DNA of 63,840 nt, filler included, from Octopus bimaculoides (lineage: Eukaryota): NCBI RefSeq assembly GCF_001194135.2. It is 4 parts of 4 records of this genome, joined end to end, with 100 filler letters (N's around TTAATTAATTAA, not from the genome) between each part and the next. Parts side by side here need not be neighbours in the genome. Positions count along the whole stretch, not along the records: positions 27,238 to 41,919 come from NC_068986.1; positions 42,020 to 61,737 come from NC_068993.1; 2 more parts are not named here. One strand, written 5' to 3'. The notes beneath the pieces are model-generated. The model made no database searches and had not been told where the DNA came from. It saw only the letters and a list, made by a program, of their open reading frames with translations. The position numbers and the translations under genes were made by a program. Within the stretch, counting starts at the first letter, position 1; every line of letters begins with the position of its first letter. Below, one piece after another: positions 36,856-50,743 of this stretch.

Positions 36856-38835
36856 CTATTCAACTTATTTATCTTTCATCACTTATTTACCTTCCGTCAC
36901 CTTCCTTGACGATGTATCTTTTGTGTAATACAATCAACTGTTCGATTACACTTGTTATTGACTACAGGCTTCTTTGTACATGATGTAACAATTATATAAT
37001 ACTCTCAAACGCTGGACCGTTTATTTCTTTATTCACTTGGACAGTAAATTTATCTTTTAGCCCAACTCTGAATTCATTCGTGTCATCTTACTGTCATCAC
37101 ATCACCTAGAAAGCAGGCCAGTTCAGTTCTAATTTGTGAAGCGGGGTCTATTTTTATTATTTTCTGTGTCAATGGTTTCCTTGAGTAATTTTTTTCGGTC
37201 ACCTGGGGGATAGCGAATCAGCTTTTTCTGCCAAGTTAATTTCATTCTTCATATTAAAGAATCAAAGACATAATGAACTGAATAGGAATATAGTGCGTCA
37301 CGAAGATAAATGGTTTNNNNNNNNNNNNNNNNNNNNNNNNNNNNNNNNNNNNNNNNNNNNNNNNNNNNNNNNNNNNNNNNNNNNNNNNNNNNNNNNNNNN
37401 NNNNNNNNNNNNNNNNNNNNNNNNNNNNNNNNNNNNNNNNNNNNNNNNNNNNNNNNNNNNNNNNNNNNNNNNNNNNNNNNNNNNNNNNNNNNNNNNNNNN
37501 NNNNNNNNNNNNNNNNNNNNNNNNNNNNNNNNNNNNNNNNNNNNNNNNNNNNNNNNNNNNNNNNNNNNNNNNNNNNNNNNNNNNNNNNNNNNNNNNNNNN
37601 NNNNNNNNNNNNNNNNNNNNNNNNNNNNNNNNNNNNNNNNNNNNNNNNNNNNNNNNNNNNNNNNNNNNNNNNNNNNNNNNNNNNNNNNNNNNNNNNNNNN
37701 NNNNNNNNNNNNNNNNNNNNNNNNNNNNNNNNNNNNNNNNNNNNNNNNNNNNNNNNNNNNNNNNNNNNNNNNNNNNNNNNNNNNNNNNNNNNNNNNNNNN
37801 NNNNNNNNNNNNNNNNNNNNNNNNNNNNNNNNNNNNNNNNNNNNNNNNNNNNNNNNNNNNNNNNNNNNNNNNNNNNNNNNNNNNNNNNNNNNNNNNNNNN
37901 GGTTCCGTGTCAGGTGGTTCAGATTGAAGAATGTGTCTTGTGATTATTTCCTTCGGTATTTTAACTATATGTCAGTAACATCAAAGCTGTGATCTCTCAA
38001 TGCGGAAAAATAGCGGCACCACCTTGAGAGATATCCTGATTTTCAAACTAGACACCTCGTCGAGTAACCTCACTCAAGATATGCTTCGCAGGAACTCTAT
38101 TTCGACCGCTTGTATTCGCGATCGTATCTTTCGTTATTACCCAACATTCATGACAATAGATGAGGACAGTAACGAAAACCAAACTAAAGATAGCATAGCA
38201 AGTTTACCTAATCACCAACCTCTTTTCTTACGTACGTACATCGAATGCTGGAGACGTTGCAATAATTTATCAGCGCCCTTTTGCGGCTTCAGTAATTGTT
38301 GTTCTTGGTAATGTTGGTGCTATTGTTGTTTAGATTCATATTAACACTGATTGAGAAGACATGTTAACGAATGCGTTCCAGTCGTGCGCATCCCTCCCGT
38401 TGAGTGTCATTTAAAACAAAATTATCTTAATGCACCATTTCTGTATTTAAGGTAGAGTGTGATTTGAGGTAGATTTCGTTGATATTACAAGCGAATACAC
38501 GGCGGCTACTTAAGCAGCTGCTGACGATAATATTGTTAATTTTGTTTTTTTTTTCCTTGTAGCTTTTTATTTACTTATTTATTTATTTATTTATTTATTG
38601 TTGTTGCTGATGTGAAAATACTTATGTTACTAGCTTGCCATTAATGTCGTCGTAGTTATCTTTGTTGTTGATAATGGCGGTTTTCGATTGGCTATTAAAG
38701 ACAAATATAGTTAATTAGTATTGACTAGACAGAAAAAAATAAACGTTGTTATGGCTTTTCCTCAGAGTAGATAGGTTTTCGGTTGTTTATGTATGGGGAA
38801 AAATATACGTATATACATTCATGCATACATACATG

Positions 38836-38895
<60 letters not shown>

Positions 38896-39789
38896 NNNNN
38901 NNNNNNNNNNNNNNNNNNNNNNNNNNNNNNNNNNNNNNNNNNNNNNNNNNNNNNNNNNNNNNNNNNNNNNNNNNNNNNNNNNNNNNNNNNNNNNNNNNNN
39001 NNNNNNNNNNNNNNNNNNNNNNNNNNNNNNNNNNNNNNNNNNNNNNNNNNNNNNNNNNNNNNNNNNNNNNNNNNNNNNNNNNNNNNNNNNNNNNNNNNNN
39101 NNNNNNNNNNNNNNNNNNNNNNNNNNNNNNNNNNNNNNNNNNNNNNNNNNNNNNNNNNNNNNNNNNNNNNNNNNNNNNNNNNNNNNNNNNNNNNNNNNNN
39201 NNNNNNNNNNNNNNNNNNNNNNNNNNNNNNNNNNNNNNNNNNNNNNNNNNNNNNNNNNNNNNNNNNNNNNNNNNNNNNNNNNNNNNNNNNNNNNNNNNNN
39301 NNNNNNNNNNNNNNNNNNNNNNNNNNNNNNNNNNNNNNNNNNNNNNNNNNNNNNNNNNNNNNNNNNNNNNNNNNNNNNNNNNNNNNNNNNNNNNNNNNNN
39401 NNNNNNNNNNNNNNNNNNNNNNNNNNNNNNNNNNNNNNNNNNNNNNNNNNNNNNNNNNNNNNNNNNNNNNNNNNNNNNNNNNNNNNNNNNNNNNNNNNNN
39501 NNNNNNNNNNNNNNNNNNNNNNNNNNNNNNNNNNNNNNNNNNNNNNNNNNNNNNNNNNNNNNNNNNNNNNNNNNNNNNNNNNNNNNNNNNNNNNNNNNNN
39601 NNNNNNNNNNNNNNNNNNNNNNNNNNNNNNNNNNNNNNNNNNNNNNNNNNNNNNNNNNNNNNNNNNNNNNNNNNNNNNNNNNNNNNNNNNNNNNNNNNNN
39701 NNNNNNNNNNNNNNNNNNNNNNNNNNNNNNNNNNNNNNNNNNNNNNNNNNNNNNNNNNNNNNNNNNNNNNNNNNNNNNNNNNNNNNNNN

Positions 39790-40209
39790 TAATTAAAAAA
39801 AAATCAAATGAAGAGCTTAACATGTGTCCGAGGTCAAATTATTCACGTATCACAAGTATGGAAACAATTGGTGAAGCCGTTTTTTCGAGAAAAGCGAATA
39901 AACACACATCTCTATTTTATATATTAGATGAGATTGTGACAATTTTTTGATAAATGGATAGAAGGGAGACGATCAATTTCTGAAATTTACTTCGCAAAAA
40001 GTTACCCTTCTCTACGTAACCCAGGAACGGGTGTTTTCTGTCCAATGGGGGCCCGTTACTCATTATGTAAAACATTTTAAGAGTCTAAAACCATCCCTGG
40101 AACATAAGTAATGTATGTTGCCAGTTTGGAGAAAATCAGTTGAAAAATACGGCCGTTATAATCTTTTACACAAATACACACGCAGAGAGAACGGGATTTA
40201 TATTATAGA
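39790..40209 (-). mobile_element. 5' part of a non-autonomous Helitron-like element
   Basis: Minus strand begins A|TCTATAATATAAA followed by short (GT)-rich sequence and ttttcaactgattttctccaaact, a typical Helitron-N 5' end. The 3' end would be in the gap. Confidence 0.5.
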
Positions 40210-41287
40210 TTAGTTACGTTTCTTTTATAATGTGTGTATGTTGTTCGTTTGTGTAGTTTAGCATTGTTCTGCATTATTAATAACCATTCCATCATTGTTC
40301 ACCTACATTCGTGAGAAATTTTATATAGTATAGATGTATTGTCTACTAATGTCTTCCTACAGCATAGAGTTTTAAAAGTGCATGATGAACCTATGTGAGT
40401 GTAGTTTAGTTGTGTATCAGTATAGCAAGAGTCAAGACGTTTACTACATTCGCCTTCACCATTGGATGTTTATAACACATCTAATAGTTGTAATTTCTCA
40501 ACTTCACATGCTTCTAGCTTGTAGTAGATAAGGAAGTTTCATATTTTAGCCTTACTTAAATGTCTTTAACGTTAAATCATGGACTGCCGCAATGCATTTA
40601 CGTTGTGCATTATGACATTCTTAATGATGCCTTCACCTGTTTTCGGCCTTTGATTCATGTCGTAAATTCCATTTATGATTTGTGTATTTTTAATGACTGT
40701 AATTTCTGGTGTCATTCTTGCGTTGTTTTGTTTTTCTGTGGCTTAGTCTAGTCGTCTGTTAAAATAATATCTCTTGGCAATTAATGTTTGTTTTATCCAG
40801 TTGATTGCTTTATCTGGTACTTCGTTTGTGGAGGAGAATTTAAATTATATTTTAAGTGGACATTTTATCACTGACATTTTGCAGCTGTCTAGACACTCAC
40901 TCTCCCCACCTGTCTATTTGTATATGTGCGAATGTATGTGTATGTATATATGTGCATGTGTATATATAATATTATGTATGTATATATGTAATGTATGTAT
41001 ACATATATAATATTATATTATATTAATATGTTATTAAATTATTATTATATAAAATATTTATAATATATTATATATATATATATAATATATATAGTAGAGT
41101 CTGCTTGAACGGACATGTTAAAGTGGCTACGAATATTACTTGTCAGTACAACTACTGCGTTGATCTCTTAGAGATATTTTAGAACCGGCAATTTTGCTTG
41201 TTGCAAAATCAGCGACTGTGTGTTCACTTGCAGTATATATACTGCGTGCAGAAGTGAGCTACTGCCATCTCTAGCAGACGAGGTGCC

Positions 41288-41336
41288 CAGTACTGAAGAG
41301 TGGAAGCAATAGCCCGAAACCAGGATCGGTCTGCTG
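41288..41336 (+). ncRNA. Type I hammerhead ribozyme, near canonical
   Basis: Stem I CAGTA/TGCTG, core CTGAAGA, stem II GTGG-loop-CCC (one bulge or deletion), GAAA, stem III ACC/GGT with loop AGGATC, GTC triplet. Predicted cleavage after 41331. Confidence 0.75.
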
Positions 41337-41741
41337 ATCCCGTTGCTAGAGAGTAGTAGGGGCAGTTGTGCATCGTTAACCACCTAGAGGTGAAACTTGC
41401 CAGGAATGGGACCAAAACATAAAAAGACGAAACGGGCTCGAGACGAAACTATTAGTGGACAGACGGGAGACAAAACAATAAACAGAATAAAGACTTAGGC
41501 CCACACGAAGACAACATTTAATAGTGGTAAAACATATACATATCAAACCCTTGCGGCCGCAAGGCATTTCCCGAGTGGGTAACGCGAGGGAGAAATGGAA
41601 ACTGTCCTAAAGGATTATATATACAGGAGGGGGTAGAGCGAGGAGCTCAGAAAATCGTGTTCAGTACGGTCGAAGGCAACGCGAAAATTAATGACACCAC
41701 TTTAGGGTCACGTGATAGTAGGACGAGGGTAACAGAGAAAG

Positions 41742-41788
<47 letters not shown>

Positions 41789-44239
41789 AAGAAAGAAAGG
41801 AAATTAAGAGAAGGAAAGTAAAGACAGTGGCACAAAATATATTCCAAAAATGTTTCTATAAATGGGTAAAATATTATGGAGTGCGTGCGTTACATAAATA
41901 ATAACGCCCGCACTCCTTANNNNNNNNNNNNNNNNNNNNNNNNNNNNNNNNNNNNNNNNNNNNTTAATTAATTAANNNNNNNNNNNNNNNNNNNNNNNNN
42001 NNNNNNNNNNNNNNNNNNNCACACACACACACACACACACGCTCACACACAAATATATATATATATGCTCCCTTCTATGCACTCGTGCCTCTAAATAACT
42101 TGTTTTTACGCATGTTTCAACACTTTTAACAAGAACGATACAGTTAATTACTTGCTGATTGTTTGGTGTATTTCAACAGTACCAATCGACTATGTTAAAG
42201 TGTGAGCTGGAAATGCTTGACGATAGAAATGATGGAAGTAGAGAGATTACCTGAAATAAGATGTTAACACAATGAGCTTAGATTACAGCAACAATAAATG
42301 AATTCATCAATTATATATGTTTATGAATTTGTGTTGCATGATTCTTGATGTGAAACCGTATGTTGAAACAGATATTGTTGTATTTCGGGACGGCCTTTTC
42401 TTTTCAAAATAAACACACGCACTATATATTTGTTCTTCCCTCGTTTATTACTGTTCTTATTTTAACTCGTGTCCGTTGTCCGGAAATCTTTCGTCACACA
42501 TCTGTGACTTCTTCAGTAACACATTCCGTCCCCGTGTGTGCTCTGCTCCACTTAGTCCATTTTGCTCTTCTATAATGTGTATCCTTACATGCGCATCTGT
42601 TTGCGTCTGTATTTGAGTGTGTGCGTGTGTGTGTGTGCGTGTGTGTGTGTGTGTGCGTGCATGTATGTGTATGTGTCATCGCTCTTGGGAGCACTATGAC
42701 CCGCTCCTCTCCCCCGTCCCCTCTCTGTTGCCGCTGTTGCTGCCCTTGACCCCGACTTCTGGTACCGTTCCTGTATCTGTGTGTTCGCCCACGCTGCTGC
42801 AATCGTGGTAGTTGTTGCTGTTGTTGCTGCTGTCGTTGTTCGTCGCGTTGTTGAAGTTGTTGCAGCAGTTTAGGAAGTCACTGTATGTGTGTTTTTGTGT
42901 TTATATGGGTTCGCTTACTATGTTGTTTGTATCCGTTTCCTTTATACAGTTTTCTTTTTTTTTTTTTACCTCTTTATCTCTATTTATGATAGGTATAAGC
43001 ATATTTGTCTATTGTGTGTGTATAACACTGTTTGTATCTGGGTTTCCGCTCCCTTCTGATTTAGCCGTCATTTTTGCGTGGTGTGGTGGGTGTTATTGTT
43101 CCACTCGTATTTTCTGTAGAGACTCAGTCTCTCTGTTGCTATGTGTGTAGCCTCTGTGATCTGTCTAAGTGTCGTGTCAGTTCTATGCATTGATAATACC
43201 TTAACTTCTATGTTATTAACCTATCCTCTATGTTCGGCTTGAGCATATCGGTAGAGCACTGACGAGTCTTTCTCCTCTTTGAGCTCCCACCAGTGTTTGC
43301 CTATACGCACCTCTATGCTGCGTGTTGTCTCTCCAATCTAAGTAGTTTTGTTTCTGTCTTTTATATAGTTTTATGATAAAGCATACAAATTGCGTAACGA
43401 CTATTCTGTTTATGTGTGGTTCCACATTATTGTACCGTCGTGCCTAGAGAGTGTATTATTTCAAATTTAGATATAATACACAGTATCTCTTAAAAAATAA
43501 ATTTTTTGGAAGTTAGAAATATCTAAAATATTTTGTTATACCTATTTTTGGACGATGATACTATATAAATTGTTTCCATAAATGTAACTGACTGCTGCTC
43601 TACAACGGTTGAATGTTCGAGGATCATTTACATAGTTCTGCAGATTGACACCAGAATTATGAGGTAAGCTGCAAATTAACGAATTATGGTTGGTAAATAA
43701 CTGAGATTTTCAGACTGTGCAAATCTTCCAATTAGGATTCAATGATCTCCGATATCAAATGTTGCAGTTAAATTTAATAAGAGAAAATATGGGTAAGTAT
43801 TGTCGTATATACGCTTATGGATATTGTGGCATAGTCGTAGAATCAAACCGGCAATGATATACCCCTCTTGTACCCCGATTGCCTGAGAGAATTTCCATTA
43901 ATGTGAAAGACAACGAAAGATACATAAGGAATTGACGATAATTAGGATACCTTCCACAAGCCGGTATTTAAGGTTGTTGACAATTAGTAGAAGAATGGTT
44001 AATATAATCCAGAGACAAATAATTGTAAGAATAAACCTTAAATCTTTTTCATTCATTAAGATGAAGGTACTTAGAGAAATATCATCGAAGATGATCAGAA
44101 AAATAGTTGCTGTTTTGCCACCTCAGGTCGGATTTGTAAACCTGTTTTTCTCATATTCTGAGATGAGGGCTACTATCCAGATGTCGAAAGTGATGAAAGA
44201 ACCATAAAATGGTAGAGAGAAAGTGCAAGAGAGAAAAAG

Positions 44240-44274
<35 letters not shown>

Positions 44275-44734
44275 AAGAAAGGGAAAGAGAGCAGCATTTC
44301 ATCCAGTGATATAATTACTTGCTTTATTATCTGTTTTAGAAATGCTTTCCGCTTACTTCTAATTTGGAGAACAAAGTGAAACAGGTACGATTCTGTATCG
44401 AACTTGATTGGCAAACTTTGCACCAACGGAGATTGCCCACGATCACATTCAATACTATATTGTTACACAGGACCTTATCAAGTTGCTGGGCCAAAATCTG
44501 TGACTGTTTCCGTTGTAAGAACCATTGCTTTTGGCACTAACCTGTGTCTACATTATTATTAACATACAATTCTCTCATTCTCTCTCTCTCTCTCTCCTTC
44601 TCTCTCTATCTCTTTTTCCCTCTCTCTCTCCTTCTCTCTCTCTCTCCTTCTCTCTCTCACACACACTCACACACACATGCATGGTGGTATGTATATATAC
44701 ATATGTTGGCATGTGTGTATACATTTATGTATAC

Positions 44735-44767
<33 letters not shown>

Positions 44768-44820
44768 CGTATAAGATAACTTTTAAAAACATACTTAAAA
44801 AGATAAATATCATAACTAAT

Positions 44821-45350
44821 AAGTGGGAAGATCTTGCATCAGATAAGGACCTGTAAAGGAATCTAATTGTTACTGCTGTGAAAAGATTCGAGAACTACAG
44901 GGGTGCATACACTGAGTTGAAACGTGGTGGTAAATATATATGGAGGATGTGAAAGGGCACGAAAGGGTTAATTTCGTGCAACCAATGTAGTCGTGTCTGC
45001 TTTCTAAAGGTAGGCCTTCTCAGCTACAAGCGTGGTCATAGAGGCACTGGCGTCTACCAGATTGATATACAGCATGATCACTTGTATGCCTTGTGCAGCA
45101 GTGAGTGTGGGATGGCCAGTGGACTCACTTTGAATTGCAGTTCCTAACATCAAAGTGGGCGGGCTGCCGCTGGTGTATGTGTGTGTCTTGTCGCTGTGGA
45201 ATGACATTGAACACACTTGCAGGCTTTGTGTATATGTATGAGAAGTCATCAGCGGTAGGGAGACTAACCTTGAGTTGTTTTATAGAGTGAAATGGGTCAA
45301 GGAAATGGTCTTACTCGACTACGAGTCGATTTCCTCCATACGTGTGTGTG
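44821..45350 (+). mobile_element. 3' end of an RTE-clade LINE, degenerate
   Basis: KWEDLASDKDL*RNLIVTAVKRFE...KR...CNQCSRVCFLKVGLLSYKR matches the RTE ORF C-terminus (WExxAxDRxxWR...CxxCxRxCxSxxGLxSHxR). The downstream sequence is a presumed 3' UTR. Confidence 0.7.
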
Positions 45351-46799
45351 TGTATANNNNNNNNNNNNNNNNNNNNNNNNNNNNNNNNNNNNNNNNNNNN
45401 NNNNNNNNNNNNNNNNNNNNNNNNNNNNNNNNNNNNNNNNNNNNNNNNNNNNNNNNNNNNNNNNNNNNNNNNNNNNNNNNNNNNNNNNNNNNNNNNNNNN
45501 NNNNNNNNNNNNNNNNNNNNNNNNNNNNNNNNNNNNNNNNNNNNNNNNNNNNNNNNNNNNNNNNNNNNNNNNNNNNNNNNNNNNNNNNNNNNNNNNNNNN
45601 NNNNNNNNNNNNNNNNNNNNNNNNNNNNNNNNNNNNNNNNNNNNNNNNNNNNNNNNNNNNNNNNNNNNNNNNNNNNNNNNNNNNNNNNNNNNNNNNNNNN
45701 NNNNNNNNNNNNNNNNNNNNNNNNNNNNNNNNNNNNNNNNNNNNNNNNNNNNNNNNNNNNNNNNNNNNNNNNNNNNNNNNNNNNNNNNNNNNNNNNNNNN
45801 NNNNNNNNNNNNNNNNNNNNNNNNNNNNNNNNNNNNNNNNNNNNNNNNNNNNNNNNNNNNNNNNATATATATATATATATATACACACACATACACATAT
45901 ACATACCTATATACAACATACATACTTGCACACACACACAAATGTAAAAATCGTCCCTTTGAAAGAGTCATCCAGCAGACAGCCAAGTAACACACTATAC
46001 CATTCTATGGCTGGTCATTTCTACGTAGTGTTTTTAACACAAGAGGAACCACCATAGTTTGATGCAAGTCGCTCTAACAGTTTCTTGTTTGAATTTAAAT
46101 ATTTGAAACTGATTAGGAGAAACTAATACGGATTAGAATTGATATTGGAGCAACTACGTTCGTACAGCGAATTTGCTCGAGCAGAACTGAACAGGGTGAC
46201 CTAATAATACCACCAAAACTAAAATGTTTTATATGAAATATACAAATAAATATCAACAACGAAAAAAAAAAAAGAAAAACAAACTAAAATGCTGCACTAA
46301 ATGAGAACATGTGAACAAAACAAATACCGTTCATTGGCACTAATACCAACATTTCTATTTATTTTTATAGTACTTTTTTCCATCTTAAGCTTTCAAACTA
46401 CACACATGCATAATCTCTCTTTCTCATCCTCCTCTGTCTCAAAATTATACACTCTCTGTCTCTTTCTTACACACAGACACACACGCTCTCACTTTCGCTC
46501 TCTTTCTCTCTTCCCCCTCTCTCCATCCCAGCATACACCGTCAGACATATATTTTAGTCTACCCCAACACCAGCTTCTTCGAAGACAACCATCTCATCAT
46601 ATACATATTTCTTGTTCTGCAGAAAGTGGCTGCCATTTTGCCAGGCATTCTTGGTGACGTCAACATTGGAAGCCACAATTCCGATAGCAATCTCCAGTTG
46701 TGTATCTATCTGACAACTTCAGATCATCTTACACAATCTGCTCCATCATTCGCCAGACCTAACTACTAACTTGTAAATCATATTCTCTCTAACTCCTCC

Positions 46800-46801
<2 letters not shown>

Positions 46802-46831
<30 letters not shown>

Positions 46832-46923
46832 CTTCTTCTTCTTCTTCTTCTTCTTTTTCTTTTTCTTCTTCTTCTTCTTCTTCTTCTTCTTCTTCTTCTT
46901 CTTCTTCTTCTTCTTTTTCTTTT
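46802..46923. repeat. (CTT)n microsatellite
   Basis: Directly visible. Confidence 0.95.
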
Positions 46924-48599
46924 NNNNNNNNNNNNNNNNNNNNNNNNNNNNNNNNNNNNNNNNNNNNNNNNNNNNNNNNNNNNNNNNNNNNNNNNNNNNN
47001 NNNNNNNNNNNNNNNNNNNNNNNNNNNNNNNNNNNNNNNNNNNNNNNNCTCCTCCTCCTCCTCCTCCTCCACCACCTTATCATCATCATTATCATCATTA
47101 ACAGGCGCATCAGCGTTATCATATTAGGCCCTCTTCTCCTCTTTCACATTCTCTTCCTCCTCCCCTCCTCCTCCTCCTCCTCCTCCTCATCATCATCATC
47201 ATCACCATCATCGTCATTCTTAAGTAAGACAAGCCCAGCATAATTTGGACAATTGCTAAAAGTCCAATAGTAAACTATGAAGAGACTCACCCGTACGCAT
47301 GTACGCACGCCTGCATGCGCGCACGCAAACACATGCGAATACATTCATACATTGAAGCAAACGTGCCTATGGATATTTGCTTGCGGGTTTGTATGTATGT
47401 GTATGTTTGTGTAAGTATTTATGTACATATTTTTGTATGAATTATGAATGTATGCATACACGACCGTATGCATGCATGTTTGCATGCATTTGAGTGCGTA
47501 CATTATGTGTGTTTGTGTGTGTGTATGTATATGCATACATACACGCACGTACATGGTTGGACACACCCGTACTTAGCTAGATAGAAGGTATGTGAGTGCG
47601 TGTAAGTGTGAGTGCGTCCGGGGAACCTGTCAGTTCCTAAGCTGATGTGATTCTGGCATATGAGGCTCGGATGGGAAAGAAACGCAGGGTTAGGGATAGG
47701 GTGGAACCTAAGTGGTAGGTAAGTGGAAGGTAGACGGGTGGAAGGGGATGTGAAGGGAGGAGATGAGAGAAAGAAAGACAGGATTGGGGTGGAAGGTATT
47801 AGTTTTCAGCTTTTTATCTCAGCTTAATTATGACATACTAGAACACACGAAGAAACAATAAAGAGTGTTTTATTGTGTGTAAGTATTTGTACTCACCATT
47901 GACTTAGTCTTTCTCCCTCTCGCTCACACAGATAATATCTGACACACAAGCACACACGTAGGAGCACACACACACACACACACTCGTAGGAACACACACA
48001 CGCGCGCACGCACACACGCACACACACACACACACACATACACACACAATCAAAAAAGCATAAACATATGTATGTATGTATGTGAAAGGACTCCGTCGGT
48101 CAAGATTGACCATGCATCTGCGTATGTATGAGCAAAAGTTTTCTGAAAGACTAGGAATTTGCCTATGCATGTTACTCTCCCCTCGCCACGTTACCGATAT
48201 TCATCTAGAAGAAATGTGCACTTGGACCGATACAACTTGGCACCAGTGTCGTCACAGGCGTTGAGTGGTCTTCTTGCTGTAGGAATGTCCAGAAGTCTCT
48301 AAACTATAACACTCAATGGGGTCTGTTGCTCAACACGATACCAAAGCTTACCTTGCGTTTGGGAAATAATGAGAGATGAGTGGAACGTGTCCATAAATCC
48401 ACTCTTTTGTTTTGTGCTCATGCTGAGAAGTTTCGAATCTTCATAGGAAAACTTCAAGGCGATGTTGAAGCTCCGAGTTTTGACTCTGTACCGAAGAATA
48501 GTCTCTACACATGAATTCTAATAGTGTTACTTTCGCTGCTTTTTTTTTTTTGTTTTGTTATGTATATTATACACCTAAAATAAATTTTAGATAAACGGA

Positions 48600-49045
48600 A
48601 AAATCCAAATTCGTCCGTCAGCAAATGTGTAACTGAGTATTGGTTCCCACAACTTCGTAAAGGAGATGAGAGCCTTGAAGATAAAGAAGATTGCAGAGAA
48701 TAATATTTGAGGCTATTATTGTAGAGTGCGCACACAAAACGACTCAGAGAGTTGCAGAGTTAAACGTTGACCGACATTTGCTTAACATTAGAAAACTAAG
48801 GAAAACCCAATAAATGAGCGCTGCACGAGCTACACAAAAATCCTTTTTTTAAAATTGTGGTTACGAAATTTGCTATGTGCTGCTTTTGTGCAACAAAAGC
48901 GATCTATTATTTCTTGGTTGTATTGGAACATGAGGCGAAAAATAGAATCTTTGCATGCAGCGATCGTGATCTTCCCAGTGGCCAGATCGTGGTAAAACGC
49001 ACAAACACTTTCCTAAACTGCATCAAAAGAAGGATTTAGTTACAG
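48600..49045 (+). mobile_element. Highly degenerate mariner transposase fragment
   Basis: WFPQLRKGDESLEDKE, then a decayed WVPHEL region (gcgctgcacgagcta), then SSQWPDRGKTHKHFPKLHQKK. No TIRs found. Confidence 0.75.
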
Positions 49046-49514
49046 TTTTGTGATCGGAACTGGAATCATCTACCACTATGCCTCTTATCTTTGCCTCATA
49101 GGAATATAAAACAAACATTAAATATTGAACATATAAATCATACTTTCTCCTTCTAGTATGACCATATTATGGAAGATATAATCCAAACTCAGAGATTTTT
49201 TGTTGTTTTTTTTAAGAATAATTTGTGCTATATAGATCACGTCGAACTAGCACTGGAATTAATCAACTTCTAATGTCTTCCAATAGGTTCTAATTTTAAT
49301 CTTTCTTAGCTAACAGTAGACCGTTATATTATATAATATACAGCATTTAGTTTCGGTTCAAATATCACCACAGTCAGCATTGCCTTTCAGTTCTTTGGAT
49401 TCGATAAACTAACTGCCCAGACATAAGCAACGTTCAATGAAATTGATATTTCTTTTTCTCTAAGAATATTTGATGTTAGGCCAATGTTAAGACAGGTTAT
49501 TATTGTTGTTTTCC

Positions 49515-49599
<85 letters not shown>

Positions 49600-49804
49600 T
49601 GTTGTTGTTGTTGTTGTCGTCGCTTTTTTCATCTCAGACTATCCTTTTCTCCTCTGACACATGTACACAACAAAAACACAAACACACACTCAGACGCATG
49701 CACTCATATCTTCACGCGTGCCAATACATGTGGAGGGATTATGAATGAGAGAGTTCACACACAGATTCATATGTACACACAGTACACACAATGTGCGGTT
49801 CAAT

Positions 49805-49945
49805 AAGCGGCATTTCGTCCGTCTTCACGTTCTGAGTGCAAATTCTGCCGAGGTCGACTTTGCCTTTCATCCTTTTGGTCCCAATTAAACATTGGGGTCG
49901 ATATTATCGGCTTACCCACTCCCGCGAAATTGCCGTTGTGTCAAT
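49805..49945 (+). mobile_element. SINE family B, 5'-truncated and internally deleted
   Basis: gcggcatttcgtccgtcttcacgttctgagtgcaaattctgccgaggtcgactttgcctttcatcc. Confidence 0.85.
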
Positions 49946-50121
49946 TGACTCTTTCTATGTTGAAAGATGAATGTTTCTCTAAACTATGTATACATACACA
50001 ATGATATTACAGGTAATAAATGTGAGCAGAATTAAAATTGGTACCGGTTTTTACTCCCCAGTACAACTGGGTATTTATTTTATTGTCAATAATATATATA
50101 TATATCAGTTACACACACGCC

Positions 50122-50157
<36 letters not shown>

Positions 50158-50743
50158 AACACACACAATTAAAAATACATAAATATGTATTTTTGTTCAA
50201 TCCTCAGTAAATCTTCTAAGAAAACATAAGAAAATAAAAGGAATAATTTGTAATCCGGCAATATGACACTAAGAAACTACGTTATCTTGCTACAACAGCA
50301 CTATGTAACGTAGATAATCAAATACCAATCTAGAATATTTCTGTTCTGGCTGTAAGCAGATTAATTAATATCACACCACTACAACATTAATACTCTAGTA
50401 CACCAATTACTAGGTGAACGATATTTCTGGAATTTCTATAAACTATTATTATGCCACTAAGATAATATGACACTAATGTACCCCCAGAAACCCAGAATTT
50501 ATAAATTTAAAAATACAGGTCTCGAATATGTGATTGGTCATTACAACTCTAATGTATGGCGATGCGTATAAACTAAATGTATTGGATCTCGATGCTACGG
50601 TGTCTGGTAAGCAGCATTGAGTTAAGTTTGTGTGATAACTTGCTTCTCGAATCTATTGTTAAAGTAATTCGGTATTTCATCATTGAGTTGATGATATATA
50701 GCAATAATGTACGAAATTACAATAATATTATTCGAAAGAAATA

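Larger units (their letters stand above)
35974..37007. repeat. 82-bp direct repeats (35974-36055, 36926-37007) bracketing three SINEs
   Basis: taatacaatcaactgttcgattaca.ttgttattg.ctacaggct.ctttgt...tgatgtaacaattatataatac.ctca; 6 mismatches by eye. Confidence 0.9.

Noticed and set aside
48352-48517. Minus-strand open 166-bp segment ending in a good donor (CAAG|GTAAGC)
   Set aside because: The acceptor has an A-rich rather than pyrimidine tract, the peptide is unrecognisable, and no partner exons were found.
50518-50606. AG...GTAAGC-bounded exon-like segment
   Set aside because: Stops in all three frames.
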